From an uncultured Chloroflexia bacterium (GTDB taxonomy: Bacteria > Chloroflexota > Limnocylindria > Limnocylindrales > CSP1-4): 64,000 nucleotides of DNA. Location of the stretch: assembly GCA_963826225.1 (NCBI GenBank), contig CAWGWF010000001.1, positions 988,391 through 1,052,390 on the forward strand. Reading direction: 5' to 3'. Position numbers and translations under genes: made by a program. Positions within the stretch are counted from its first letter, which is position 1. Each line of letters starts with the position of its first letter. Positions 47,763-57,651 of the stretch are shown in pieces. The notes below the pieces were generated by a model that saw nothing but the letters and a program-made list of their open reading frames with translations, did not search any database and was not told the DNA's origin.

Positions 47763-49361
47763 ATGAGCGACTTCACCTTCAGGTCCGAGCCGCCGCCGAG
47801 CGAGCCCGAGTCGCCGCCGCCGGGCGAGCCCGAGGAGCCGCCCGAGGCGGCGTCGCCGGTTGCCGGGGGGGCACCGAGCGAACCCGAGGCGGCCCCGGGC
47901 GAACCGGAGGCGTCGCCGCCCGAGCCGCAGCTGCCGCCCACGCCGTCACCGAGCCCTCGCGGCCACGCGTTCGGATCCACGCCGATCCACCCGGCCGTGG
48001 AGAGCGCGCTCGTGATGTCTGCCGAGGCGCGGCGGGAGGCCCTGCTGGAGCTTGCCCGCATCCCGAGCGTCTCCACCCTGCCCGTCCACCGGGAGGCCAT
48101 GGTCACCGCAGCCGAGTGGGTGGCGGACCGGCTCCGGCGCGTCGGAGCCCAGGGGGTGGAGGTCGTGCGCACGGATCTCCATCCGATCGTCACGGGCTCG
48201 ATCCACGAGGCCCCGGACGCTCCGACGGTGCTCGTCTACTGCCACTACGACGTCCAGCCGGTGGACCCGGAGGACCTGTGGGAGACGGCGCCCTTCGACC
48301 CGTTCATCCGGGACGGGCGGTTCGTCGGCCGCGGGGTCGCCGACGACAAGGGCCAGCTGGTGATGCACCTGTCGGCGATCGAGGCTCTGCGTGCCGCGGG
48401 TCTCTCGCCCGCCGTGAACCTGACGTTCGTGTTCGAGGGCGAGGAGGAGTTCGCCTCCACCAGCCTGTTCCGCTGGATCGATGCCAACCGGGACCGGCTC
48501 GCCGCCGACGTGGCCGTGATCAGCGACACGGGGTTCTTCGAGGGCAACGTGCCCGCGATCACCGTGGGCCTGCGCGGGATCATGTACGCGCAGATCGACG
48601 TCGTCGGACCGCCCCTGGACCTCCATTCGGGCTCCTACGGGGGCACCGTGCAGAACCCGGCCAACGCGCTGGCCTCGATCATCGCCGCGCTCAAGGGTCC
48701 CGACGGTCGGGTCCGCATCCCCGGCTTCTACGACGACGTGGTGACGCTCTCCGACGCCGACCGTGCCGCGATGGCCGCGCTGCCCTTCGACGAGGAGGCG
48801 TTCCGGGCGGGGATCCCGGTTCCGGCGCTGGTCGGAGAGGCCGACTGGACGACCCTGGAGCGCAAGGGCGCTCGCCCCACGCTGGACGTCAACGGCATCT
48901 GGGGCGGCTTCTGCGACGAGGGAGCCAAGACGATCATCCCGGCCCATGCGCACGCGAAGGTGTCCACCCGCCTGGTGTCGCACCAGGATCCGACGCGCAT
49001 CTATGAGGCGTTCCGGGACTTCGTGGCGGAGATCGCGCCGCCTGGCGTGACCGTCACCACGCAGTACATCCACGGAGGCAGCCCCAGCCTCACGCCGACC
49101 GACCATCCCGCGACCCGCGCCGCGGCTCGTGCGATCGAGGCCGTCTACGGACGCCCGCCCGTGTACATCCGCGAGGGTGGCTCCATCCCGGTCACCGCGG
49201 CCTTCGACCAGGTCCTCGGGCTGCCCGTGGTCCTGCTCGGCTTCGCCAATCCCGGCGCCAACACGCACGCCCCCAACGAGTGGTTCGGGGTCGAGAACTT
49301 CGAGCGCGGCACACGGGTCATCGTGCGCCTGTGGGACGAGCTGGCCCGCCTCTCCGGCTGA
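47763..49361 (+). CDS. M20-family dipeptidase with a Pro/Glu-rich N-terminal extension
   Basis: M20 metal-binding blocks (HYDVQP, GRGVADDKG, EGEEE) and a dimerisation domain. The N-terminus has 70 aa of PE-rich low complexity. Confidence 0.8.
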   Translation: MSDFTFRSEPPPSEPESPPPGEPEEPPEAASPVAGGAPSEPEAAPGEPEASPPEPQLPPTPSPSPRGHAFGSTPIHPAVESALVMSAEARREALLELARIPSVSTLPVHREAMVTAAEWVADRLRRVGAQGVEVVRTDLHPIVTGSIHEAPDAPTVLVYCHYDVQPVDPEDLWETAPFDPFIRDGRFVGRGVADDKGQLVMHLSAIEALRAAGLSPAVNLTFVFEGEEEFASTSLFRWIDANRDRLAADVAVISDTGFFEGNVPAITVGLRGIMYAQIDVVGPPLDLHSGSYGGTVQNPANALASIIAALKGPDGRVRIPGFYDDVVTLSDADRAAMAALPFDEEAFRAGIPVPALVGEADWTTLERKGARPTLDVNGIWGGFCDEGAKTIIPAHAHAKVSTRLVSHQDPTRIYEAFRDFVAEIAPPGVTVTTQYIHGGSPSLTPTDHPATRAAARAIEAVYGRPPVYIREGGSIPVTAAFDQVLGLPVVLLGFANPGANTHAPNEWFGVENFERGTRVIVRLWDELARLSG

Positions 49362-49509
49362 CGGCAGCCGCCGCGGCGACATTGCCCGCCGGGGCCGGCC
49401 CGCCGCCGGTACATGACGGAGCGGACCCGTACCATCGGGTGGTGCTGGGTCCGCGAAACGCGGTGCTAGGATGCACCCACGGCTACCGCTGGCGGGAGGA
49501 CGCGATCAC

Positions 49510-50580
49510 GTGACGACGGAGACGGGGGCAACGCCGAAGTCGGCCTGGCGCCTTGATGGACCGAACGGGAGCATGGCCCCGCGCTCGGCCATGGATGTGC
49601 TGGTCGACCTCAACGAGAAGGTCGCGAGCGGCCGGGTAGGGGAGTACCAGCCCGTTCCGCTCGGGTTCACGCCGCTGGACAAGACGATCGGCACCGGGCT
49701 GCGGGCCGGCGAGCTGCTGCTCATCGGCGGTGCGCAGGGCACCGGCAAGACCACGATGGCCCTCCAGATGGCGCGCAACATCGCGTCCGGCGGACAGGCC
49801 AACGTGCTCTACCTGTGCTTCGAGCACGACGAGCTGTACCTGCTCAATCGGCTGATCGCGGCGGAGTCCGCGCTCGCCCATCTGCCGCACAAGACCGGCG
49901 CGATCAAGATCCAGGACGTCCGCAAGGAGATCCTCGGCACCTGGATGGCGGAGGGCGGCGGGGCCGCCCAGCTGGCGGCCAACCCGCGCCTGCGTCCGTC
50001 GCTCGACCGCATCGCTCGCTACGGGCAGAACCTGTTCCTGCTGCGCGGATCGCAGACGGCCAGCACCATCGACGGCATCCGCGAGCTCGTCAGCCAGCAC
50101 CGGGTCCTGTCCGGAGACCGCCGGCTGGTGGTCGTCGTGGACTACATGCAGAAGGTGCCGGTGATCCCCGAGCCGCCGACCGAGGCCGAGAAGGTCACGT
50201 TCGTCATCAACGGCCTCAAGGACATCGCGCTCACCGAGGACGTCCCGATGATGGCGATCGTGGCCGCGGACAAGGAGGGCCTCAAGGCCTCGCGGCTGCG
50301 CAACTACCACCTGCGTGGCTCGTCGGCGATCAACTACGAGGCCGACATCATCCTGATCCTCAACGAGAAGTACAACATCGTCGCCAAGGTCAACATCGAG
50401 TTCAACCCGTACCAGGCGCAGCGCTTCCGGGACTGGGTGATCGTGTCGGTGGAGAAGAACCGCGGCGGACAGGACCAGGTGGACCTCGAGTTCGAGAAGC
50501 ACTTCGAGTTCTCGTGCTTCGACCCCAACGGGCGCACGGTGCAGGAGAAGCTGATCGAGGAGCGCCTCTACAACGACTGA
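49510..50580 (+). CDS. Stand-alone DnaB-C-terminal-like / KaiC-like RecA-fold ATPase
   Basis: Walker A GGAQGTGKTT and Walker B VVVVDYMQ. There is no DnaB N-terminal or linker domain. The GTG at 49510 has a GGGAGGA RBS. The ORF also opens earlier, at 49471. Confidence 0.65.
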   Translation: MTTETGATPKSAWRLDGPNGSMAPRSAMDVLVDLNEKVASGRVGEYQPVPLGFTPLDKTIGTGLRAGELLLIGGAQGTGKTTMALQMARNIASGGQANVLYLCFEHDELYLLNRLIAAESALAHLPHKTGAIKIQDVRKEILGTWMAEGGGAAQLAANPRLRPSLDRIARYGQNLFLLRGSQTASTIDGIRELVSQHRVLSGDRRLVVVVDYMQKVPVIPEPPTEAEKVTFVINGLKDIALTEDVPMMAIVAADKEGLKASRLRNYHLRGSSAINYEADIILILNEKYNIVAKVNIEFNPYQAQRFRDWVIVSVEKNRGGQDQVDLEFEKHFEFSCFDPNGRTVQEKLIEERLYND

Positions 50581-50588
50581 CGCACCGA

Positions 50589-50740
50589 CTGATCCGCCGC
50601 CATCGCGGCGTTGTCGCCTGCGGTCCTCGTTCACGCACATCCAGGTGCGCTCGCTCCGGTTCTCGGCTCCGCCTTGCGCTGACGACGGCTGAGCCGGCGC
50701 CGCTGCGGTGCTGATCCGCCGCCATCGCGGCGTTCTCGCC
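50589..50740. repeat. Two copies of the 30-nt direct repeat ctgatccgccgccatcgcggcgtt(g/c)tcgcc, at 50589-50618 and 50711-50740
   Basis: Seen directly in the sequence. 29 of 30 positions are identical and the spacing is 122 bp. Each copy contains a small imperfect inverted repeat (gccgc-catc-gcggc). The pair lies in the intergenic region upstream of ppa. Confidence 0.6.
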
Positions 50741-50764
50741 CCGGCCGCGCGGTAGAGTTGGCTG

Positions 50765-51283
50765 ATGAGCACCGCCAACACGGACGCCTTCCCGGGCGTC
50801 GTCGAGATCGTGGTCGAGATCCCGCGGGGGAGCCGCAACAAGTACGAGTTCGACGAGGTTGCCGGCGTCTACCGCCTGGACCGCGTGCTCTCGTCCGCGG
50901 TGTTCTACAACTTCGACTACGGGTTCATCGAAGGAACACGGGCGGACGACGGGGACCACACCGACGCCCTGCTGATCATCGACGAGCCAACGTTCACCGG
51001 CTGCCACGTCTGGGCACGCCCGATCGGCGGCCTCGAGATGCGCGACGAGAAGGGCTTCGACTTCAAGACCCTGTGCGTCGCGATCGGCGACCCGCACCAG
51101 CAGCACATCGAGCGCCTGGAGCAGATGCGCCCGCACCGCCTCATCGAGATCGAGCACTTCTTCAACACCTACAAGATGCTCGAGAACAAGGCGGTCGAGA
51201 TGGTGGGCTGGCGCGACCTGGAGCGGGCGCTGGAGGTGCTCACCGAGGACCGTGCGCGCTGGCACCGGGAGCACGGTGCCTGA
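50765..51283 (+). CDS. ppa: Inorganic pyrophosphatase (family I)
   Basis: Conserved DGDHTD-type region (ADDGDHTDALLI) and the C-terminal block FFNTYK. A TAGAGT hexamer ends 6 nt before the ATG. Confidence 0.9.
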   Translation: MSTANTDAFPGVVEIVVEIPRGSRNKYEFDEVAGVYRLDRVLSSAVFYNFDYGFIEGTRADDGDHTDALLIIDEPTFTGCHVWARPIGGLEMRDEKGFDFKTLCVAIGDPHQQHIERLEQMRPHRLIEIEHFFNTYKMLENKAVEMVGWRDLERALEVLTEDRARWHREHGA

Positions 51284-51863
51284 GGGCGCCCACCGGCTGT
51301 TCGTCGCCGTCCCCGTGCCGCCGCAGGCGCGTGACGCGTGCCGCACGCTGATCGACGGCGTCCGCCGTGGACCTGCCGGGCGCGGGGTCCGGTGGGTTCG
51401 GACGGAGAACCTGCACCTGACCCTGCGGTTCCTGGGCGACACGCCTGCGGACCGGGTGCCTGCGGTGGCGGAGGCGGTCAGGCGAGCGGCCGGTGACACG
51501 CGCGCCTTCGACGTCCGGCTCGCGGGCGCCGGATCCTTCCCGTCGTCGGGCCGCCCGCGGGCGCTGTGGCTGGGCATCGTCCAGGGCGCCCCGGAGCTCG
51601 GCGCGATCGCATCGGCCCTGGAACCACCGCTCGCGGAGCTCGGCTGGCCGCCGGAGGGCCGTCCGTTCCGGCCGCACCTCACCGTGGCTCGCACGGACGC
51701 GGCTTCGATCACCGACGGCGCCCGGACCGCGGCGGACCTGGTCGCGGCGGCCGCCGGCTGGACGGCGTCGTTCGGGGCCGATCGCGTCGTGCTCTACCGC
51801 AGCCACCTGCGGGCCGGACCGCCGGTCTACGAGCCGGTCGCCGAGGTTCTGTTGGTCGGCTGA
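51276..51863 (+). CDS. thpR: RNA 2',3'-cyclic phosphodiesterase (2H phosphoesterase, ThpR/LigT-like)
   Basis: Two H-x-T-x motifs (HLTLRFLG and HLTVAR). The GTG start overlaps the ppa stop. An alternative GTG lies at 51252. Confidence 0.75.
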   Translation: MPEGAHRLFVAVPVPPQARDACRTLIDGVRRGPAGRGVRWVRTENLHLTLRFLGDTPADRVPAVAEAVRRAAGDTRAFDVRLAGAGSFPSSGRPRALWLGIVQGAPELGAIASALEPPLAELGWPPEGRPFRPHLTVARTDAASITDGARTAADLVAAAAGWTASFGADRVVLYRSHLRAGPPVYEPVAEVLLVG

Positions 51864-51955
51864 GGCCCGGGCGCGCCGCGCGACGCCCGTTGTCGCGCCC
51901 GGCATGAGGCGGTACCCTCCTCAATCCCCAGCCCCACCTCGGAGGACTCCCCGCG

Positions 51956-53329
51956 ATGGCCACCGCCCCCTCCAGCCGGACGCAGTTCCCGCTCGCCGAG
52001 GACCGGATCCCGAGGGCCTGGTACAACATCGCGGCGGACCTGCGGAACCCGCCGCCGCCGCCGCTCCACCCGGGCACCCTCCAGCCGATCGGGCCCGCGG
52101 ATCTCGCGCCCCTGTTCCCGATGGCACTGATCCAGCAGGAGGTCAGCGCCGAGCGCGAGATCGAGATCCCGGACCCCGTCCGCGAGGCGTACGCGCTCTA
52201 CCGGCCGTCGCCGCTCCACCGGGCGCGCCGCCTGGAGAAGGCGCTCGATACGCCGGCCCACATCTACTACAAGTACGAGGGCACCAGCCCGGCCGGCAGC
52301 CACAAGCCGAACACCGCGCTCGCCCAGGCGTTCTTCAACAAGCAGGAAGGCGTCAAGCGCCTGGCGACCGAGACCGGCGCCGGCCAATGGGGGAGCGCGC
52401 TGGCGTTCGCAGGTGCCGTGTTCGGGCTCGAGGTCAAGGTCTACATGGTGCGGGCCAGCTACGACCAGAAGCCGTACCGCCGGATGCTCATGGAGACGTA
52501 CGGAGCCCAGGTGGTAGCCAGCCCCAGCCCCACCACCAGCTACGGGCGCAGCGTGCTCGAGGCCACCCCGGACTCGCCCGGCTCGCTGGGCATCGCGATC
52601 AGCGAGGCGGTCGAGGACGCGGCCACGCGCGACGACACGAGGTACTCGCTGGGATCGGTGCTCAACCACGTCCTGCTCCATCAGACGGTGATCGGTCTCG
52701 AGGCCATGGAGCAGATGGCGATGGCAGGCGAAGAGCCGGAGATCATCATCGGTTGCGCCGGCGGCGGGTCCAACTTCGCGGGCCTGGCGTTCCCGTTCCT
52801 CGGCCGTGTGCTCCGCGGTGAGGCCAGCTACCGCGTGATCGCCGCCGAACCCGAGGCCGCACCGTCCCTCACCCGGGGCGTCTACACCTACGACTTCGGG
52901 GACACCGGGCACATGGCGCCGATCGTGAAGATGTACACCCTGGGCTCCGAGTTCATCCCGGAGCCGATCCACGCCGGCGGCCTCCGCTACCACGGCATGT
53001 CGCCGCTCGTGTCGCAGCTCAAGGCGGAGGGCATGATCGAGGCGCGGAGCGTCCACCAGCGCGCGTGCTTCGAGGCCGGCGTCCGGTTTGCCCGTGCCGA
53101 GGGGATCCTTCCCGCGCCCGAGCCGACCCATGCGATCAAGGTGGCGATCGACGAGGCGCTCGCCGCCCGCGAGGCCGGCGAGGCGCGCGTGATCCTGTTC
53201 AACCTGTGCGGCCACGGCCACTTCGACCTGTCCGCCTACGAGCGGTATCTCCAGGGCCGTCTCGAGGACTACGAGTACCCGGCCGAGAAGGTCGCCGCGG
53301 CCCTCGCCGATCTGCCGCGGGTCGGCTGA
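51956..53329 (+). CDS. TrpB-like PLP enzyme (tryptophan synthase beta, type 2)
   Basis: PLP lysine region ([11 protein letters not shown]) and the TrpB2-type N-terminal extension. There is no trpA nearby. Confidence 0.8.
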   Translation: MATAPSSRTQFPLAEDRIPRAWYNIAADLRNPPPPPLHPGTLQPIGPADLAPLFPMALIQQEVSAEREIEIPDPVREAYALYRPSPLHRARRLEKALDTPAHIYYKYEGTSPAGSHKPNTALAQAFFNKQEGVKRLATETGAGQWGSALAFAGAVFGLEVKVYMVRASYDQKPYRRMLMETYGAQVVASPSPTTSYGRSVLEATPDSPGSLGIAISEAVEDAATRDDTRYSLGSVLNHVLLHQTVIGLEAMEQMAMAGEEPEIIIGCAGGGSNFAGLAFPFLGRVLRGEASYRVIAAEPEAAPSLTRGVYTYDFGDTGHMAPIVKMYTLGSEFIPEPIHAGGLRYHGMSPLVSQLKAEGMIEARSVHQRACFEAGVRFARAEGILPAPEPTHAIKVAIDEALAAREAGEARVILFNLCGHGHFDLSAYERYLQGRLEDYEYPAEKVAAALADLPRVG

Positions 53330-53361
53330 CCGCGCGGGCCGCGGGACCTGGCGCCGCCGCC

Positions 53362-53601
53362 ATGTCGAAGCTCGCCTGCCGAACGTGTGGCCGCCAGGTC
53401 TTCGTTGCCGTTCCCCTCGAAGCGCTGCACGCCGACGACCGCCGCTGCCCGCGCTGCGGCATGCGCCTGGACCGGGAGCGCCGGGACGCCGACCGGAGGC
53501 TGTGGGAACGGCGTCGCACCCGTCCGGAGGATCCGGGACCGCCTGCCGCCACCGGGGAGCGACGCGTCCGGGAGCGCCGGAAGCGGCAGCGGCGACGATA
53601 A
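53362..53601 (+). CDS. Small zinc-ribbon protein with an Arg-rich tail
   Basis: CRTCGR ... CPRCG (two CxxC pairs) followed by a highly basic C-terminus. ATG start. Confidence 0.45.
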   Translation: MSKLACRTCGRQVFVAVPLEALHADDRRCPRCGMRLDRERRDADRRLWERRRTRPEDPGPPAATGERRVRERRKRQRRR

Positions 53602-53608
53602 TCGCCCG

Positions 53609-54481
53609 ATGCGGATCGCATTCCTCGGGCTCGGGCTGATCGGCGGGTCGATCGCCCACGCCCTGCGCCCGGGTGCCTCGGGCGGAGAGACCCCTGAGAT
53701 CGCGGCCTGGAGCGAGGGCGGCACCGGACCTCGGGCGGCGCTGGCCGCGGGGGTCATCGACGCCGCCGCGGCCACCCCCGGCGCGGCGGTCGAGGGTGCC
53801 GACCTGGTCGTGCTGGCGGCTCCGCCGCTAGCCTGCGTGTCGTTGCTCGGCCGCCTCGGCCGTGACGGCGACCTGGGCGCGCGGCTGCTGCCCGGCGCGA
53901 CCGTCACGGACGTCGCCTCCACGAAGTCGGCGCTGCTGGCGGCGGCCCGGGTGTCCGGCGCGCCGTTTGCCGGCGGTCACCCCATGGCCGGCCGCGAGAC
54001 GAGCGGTTTCGGGGCGGCGGACGGCGACCTCTTCCGCGACCGGGCATGGGTCGTCACCGAGGCCGTCAACGGGGGTGATCCCGCCCGCGTCCGGGCGCTC
54101 GCGGGAGCCTGCGGCGCGCGCGTCGTGGAGATGGACGCGGCCACCCACGACCGCCTCGTCGCCGCGATCAGCCACCTGCCGCTGCTGGCCGCCGTCGCGC
54201 TCGTGGAGGCCGTGGCGGGCGTGGAGGGGGCGCGCGGCGACTGGGGCGCCGCGTCCGGCCTGACCGCGAGCGGTTGGCGGGACACGACGCGCCTCGCCCG
54301 CGGTGACGTGACGATGGGCGCGGAGATCGCGGTCACCAACGCGGCGGAGATCGCGACACGGCTCCGGGACCTGCGCTCGGCCATCGATGCCTGGATCGAG
54401 GCGCTCGAGGCACCCGGTGGCCCGGACCCGGACGCGATCCGCCGCCGCCTGGCCGCCGCCCGCCGCCGCCTGGAGGGCTGA
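53609..54481 (+). CDS. tyrA: Prephenate dehydrogenase
   Basis: Rossmann motif FLGLGLIGGS and the TyrA catalytic region (GGHPMAG, SHLP). Confidence 0.8.
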   Translation: MRIAFLGLGLIGGSIAHALRPGASGGETPEIAAWSEGGTGPRAALAAGVIDAAAATPGAAVEGADLVVLAAPPLACVSLLGRLGRDGDLGARLLPGATVTDVASTKSALLAAARVSGAPFAGGHPMAGRETSGFGAADGDLFRDRAWVVTEAVNGGDPARVRALAGACGARVVEMDAATHDRLVAAISHLPLLAAVALVEAVAGVEGARGDWGAASGLTASGWRDTTRLARGDVTMGAEIAVTNAAEIATRLRDLRSAIDAWIEALEAPGGPDPDAIRRRLAAARRRLEG

Positions 54482-54483
54482 CG

Positions 54484-55062
54484 GTGGGCGACCCGGGCGA
54501 GCTGGTGCTCGTCGTGCCGCGGGAGATCGTCGTCCCGGGCAAGGGCTGGCTGGGTGTCCGCCGGGAGGGGATGGACGCCGCGCTCGAGGCTGCCGCCCGG
54601 CACGGCTTCTTCATGGCCCGTGAGGCCGCCGAGCATGACCCGACCCACAAGCAGGTGATCCCGTACCTCGTCCTTCGAGACGGTGAGCGCTGGTTCCTCA
54701 TGCGCCGCACTCGCGCCGGCGGGGACGCGCGCCTCCACGACCGCTGGTCGATCGGCGTGGGCGGACACCTCAACCCGGGCGATGCGGACGTCGAGGGCTG
54801 CCTCCGGCGCGAGTGGGCGGAGGAGCTGGTCGCGGACTTCGTGCCCGGGTTCGCGCCCGTCGGGCTGCTCAACGACGACACCACGGCGGTCGGCGCCGTC
54901 CACGTCGGCTTCGTCTACCGTGCCGATGCGGCCGGGCGGGAGGTGGCGATCCGTGAGACGGACAAGCTCTCCGGCTCGTTCGCCTCGACCGCGCAGGTCG
55001 CCGCCGTCCGCGAGGACATGGAGACCTGGAGCCGGCTCGCCTTCGACGCCCTGGCCGGCTGA
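54484..55062 (+). CDS. NUDIX hydrolase
   Basis: A Nudix box variant (GGHLNPGDADVEGCLRREWAEEL). GTG start. Confidence 0.7.
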   Translation: MGDPGELVLVVPREIVVPGKGWLGVRREGMDAALEAAARHGFFMAREAAEHDPTHKQVIPYLVLRDGERWFLMRRTRAGGDARLHDRWSIGVGGHLNPGDADVEGCLRREWAEELVADFVPGFAPVGLLNDDTTAVGAVHVGFVYRADAAGREVAIRETDKLSGSFASTAQVAAVREDMETWSRLAFDALAG

Positions 55063-55360
55063 CACGATGGGACGGCTCCCTCGTCGGTCGCGGCGGGGCT
55101 CCCGACGGGAGGCCCTGACCGCAATCCGGTGCGCCAGACATCGAGGAGGTCAGGGCACCGGATCCCGTGCATGTCCCGCCGCACCGTCACGGGCGTCGCC
55201 TGGACAGCGACCTCGGCCTGGATGCGGGGACGCCCACCCCCATGACGCTCCGGGGGCGCGGTTTCTCCAAGGGCGAAGCGGCCATTTCTGAGCGCGGTCG
55301 GGCCGAATGCCCCGCGTCGAGCGCGGCGGGCGGTGAGATACTCAGGCCGAGGTACCGAGA

Positions 55361-56722
55361 TTGCACGCGCCGTCACCGATCATTCGCGGCCTCAGCCGGG
55401 TCCTGGTGCTGCTGGGCCTGCTCCTGCTCGCGGCTCCTGTGCGAGGCGCGACGCCGGAGGTCGTCGTGCTCTCGGCGACCGGGGTCGTGGACAGCGTGCT
55501 CGCGGGCTACCTGGAGGAGGGGATCGCGCAGGCGGCCGAGGGCGGTGCGGCGGCGGTCGTCGTCGAGCTCAACACCCCGGGCGGGAGCCTCGATGCCACG
55601 CAGCGGATCACGAGCGCCCTGCTGGAGGCACCGCTCCCCGTCATCGTGTGGGTCGCGCCGGCAGGCGGGCGTGCCGCCAGCGCCGGGACGTTCATCACGC
55701 TTGCCGCCCATCTCGCATACATGGCACCCGGCACGAACATCGGGGCGGCCTCGCCCGTCGGCAGCGGTGGCGAGGACATCGAGGGGACGATGGGCGACAA
55801 GGTCCGGAACGACACCATCGCCAACATCACGGCGATCGCGGAGGCGCGGGGCCGCCCGGTGGACTGGGCCGTGCAGACGGTGACGGACGCACGATCCTCA
55901 CCTGCAAGCGAGGCCGTGGAGCTGGGTGTCGTGGACGGGATCGCAAGCACGATCGAAGAGGTGCTGGAGCAGGCGGACGGGCAGGAGGTGACCGTCGCCG
56001 GCCGGACCTATCCCCTGGAGCTCACGGGGGCCACCGTGACCGAGACATCGATCAACCCGCTCCAGGGCCTGCTGCATCTGCTGTCGGACCCCAACATCGC
56101 GTTCGTGCTGTTCACGATCGGCGTGTACGGGCTGATCTTCGAGCTCCAGAACCCGAACTTCGTGACCGGGATCCTGGGCGCGCTCGCGATCATCCTCGCC
56201 TTCATCGGGTTCGGCAGCCTGCCCCTCAACCTGGCCGGCCTCCTGCTCCTCGCGCTCGGCGTCGTCCTGTTCGTGCTGGAGACGCAAGTCGTCAGCCACG
56301 GGCTGCTCACGATCGGGGGGATCATCTGCTTCGTGCTGGGCGCATCCGCCCTGTACACCCAGCCCGGCGACCCGACCGGCCCGATCGTGGAGGTCGCCAC
56401 GCCGCTGATCGTCGTGTCCACGGCGACCACGGCCATCCTGATGGGCCTGCTCGCAGTCGCCGCCGTCCGCACCCGGCGGATGCGGGCCCCGGCGGGCACG
56501 GTCGGGGCGCCGGTCCCGATCGGCGCCAGCGGGATCGTCCAGTCGCCGCTTGCCCCGGTGGGCACGGTGTTCCTTGCCGGCGAACCCTGGAGCGCCCGGA
56601 CCGCGGACGGAGCGTCCCTGCCGCGGGAGGCGCACGTCCGCCTCGTCGCCTTCGACGGCCTGACGGCCGTCGTCGAGCCTTCACCAGAGCCACCGTCCTC
56701 GGCGCCCGCCGACGACACCTGA
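55361..56722 (+). CDS. NfeD-family membrane protein (long form, with a ClpP-class serine-protease-like domain)
   Basis: Signal/TM segment, a ClpP-like domain (VVELNTPGGSLDAT ... SAGTFI), four or five TM helices and a C-terminal OB-fold. It is followed by the stomatin gene. Confidence 0.8.
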   Translation: MHAPSPIIRGLSRVLVLLGLLLLAAPVRGATPEVVVLSATGVVDSVLAGYLEEGIAQAAEGGAAAVVVELNTPGGSLDATQRITSALLEAPLPVIVWVAPAGGRAASAGTFITLAAHLAYMAPGTNIGAASPVGSGGEDIEGTMGDKVRNDTIANITAIAEARGRPVDWAVQTVTDARSSPASEAVELGVVDGIASTIEEVLEQADGQEVTVAGRTYPLELTGATVTETSINPLQGLLHLLSDPNIAFVLFTIGVYGLIFELQNPNFVTGILGALAIILAFIGFGSLPLNLAGLLLLALGVVLFVLETQVVSHGLLTIGGIICFVLGASALYTQPGDPTGPIVEVATPLIVVSTATTAILMGLLAVAAVRTRRMRAPAGTVGAPVPIGASGIVQSPLAPVGTVFLAGEPWSARTADGASLPREAHVRLVAFDGLTAVVEPSPEPPSSAPADDT

Positions 56723-56736
56723 TCAAGGAGGCACCC

Positions 56737-57651
56737 ATGGAGCTCGCCGTCTTGCTCGCGACTCTCGCGTTCCTCGCGGTCGTCGCGCTCGTGCTCCTGT
56801 ACCTGTCCGTCCGGATCGTGCAGCAGTACGAGCAGATGGTCGTGTTCCGCCTCGGCAAGACGGACCCAAGCCTGGTCCGGGGCCCGGGCCTGCGGTTCCT
56901 GATCCCGGTCGTGGACCGGCCCGTCAAGGTGGACATGCGCGAGCAATTCATCGAGGTTCCCAGCCAGACCACGATCACCCGGGACAACGCGCCCATCAAC
57001 GTGGACTTCCTGATCTACTGGCGGATCGTCGACCCGCTCAGGAGCATCGTGAACGTCGCCTTCTTCTCGGGTGCCCTGCAGGGCGTCGCGACGACGACGT
57101 TGCGGGCCGTGATCGGCGACATCCTGCTCGACGAGGTGCTGTCCCGCCGCGAGCAGATCAACGAGGTCCTGCGCACCAAGCTGGACGAGGTCACCGAGCG
57201 CTGGGGCGGCAAGGTGACGACTGTCGAGATCCGCGAGATCACCCCGCCCCGTGACGTCCAGGACGCCATGAACCGGCAGCTGTCCGCGGAGCGGACGCGG
57301 CGCGCAGTGATCACGGAGTCCGAGGGCAATCGGCAGGCCGCGATCAACGTCGCCGAGGGCCAGAAGCAGTCCGAGATCCTCAAGGCCGAGGGCGAGCGCC
57401 AGGCTGCGATCCTGCGAGCGGAGGGCTTCAGCCAGGCGCTGGAGCGGATCTTCGCCGCAGCCCACCTGGTGGACGAGAAGACGATGGCCCTCCAGTACCT
57501 CGAGGCGCTCAAGGCGCTGGGCGCCGGCCCGTCGACGAAGTTCCTGATCCCCACGGAGTTCTCGCGTCTCGCCGAGCAGATCGGCGACTACGTCCAGGGC
57601 GGGATCGCTCCCCGTGCGACCGGCGGTGTCCCACCCGACACCGTCGCCTGA
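56737..57651 (+). CDS. Stomatin/band-7 (SPFH) family protein
   Basis: N-terminal TM segment and an SPFH domain (VVFRLGK ... RQAAINVAEGQKQSEILKAEGE). Strong RBS AAGGAGG. Confidence 0.9.
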   Translation: MELAVLLATLAFLAVVALVLLYLSVRIVQQYEQMVVFRLGKTDPSLVRGPGLRFLIPVVDRPVKVDMREQFIEVPSQTTITRDNAPINVDFLIYWRIVDPLRSIVNVAFFSGALQGVATTTLRAVIGDILLDEVLSRREQINEVLRTKLDEVTERWGGKVTTVEIREITPPRDVQDAMNRQLSAERTRRAVITESEGNRQAAINVAEGQKQSEILKAEGERQAAILRAEGFSQALERIFAAAHLVDEKTMALQYLEALKALGAGPSTKFLIPTEFSRLAEQIGDYVQGGIAPRATGGVPPDTVA

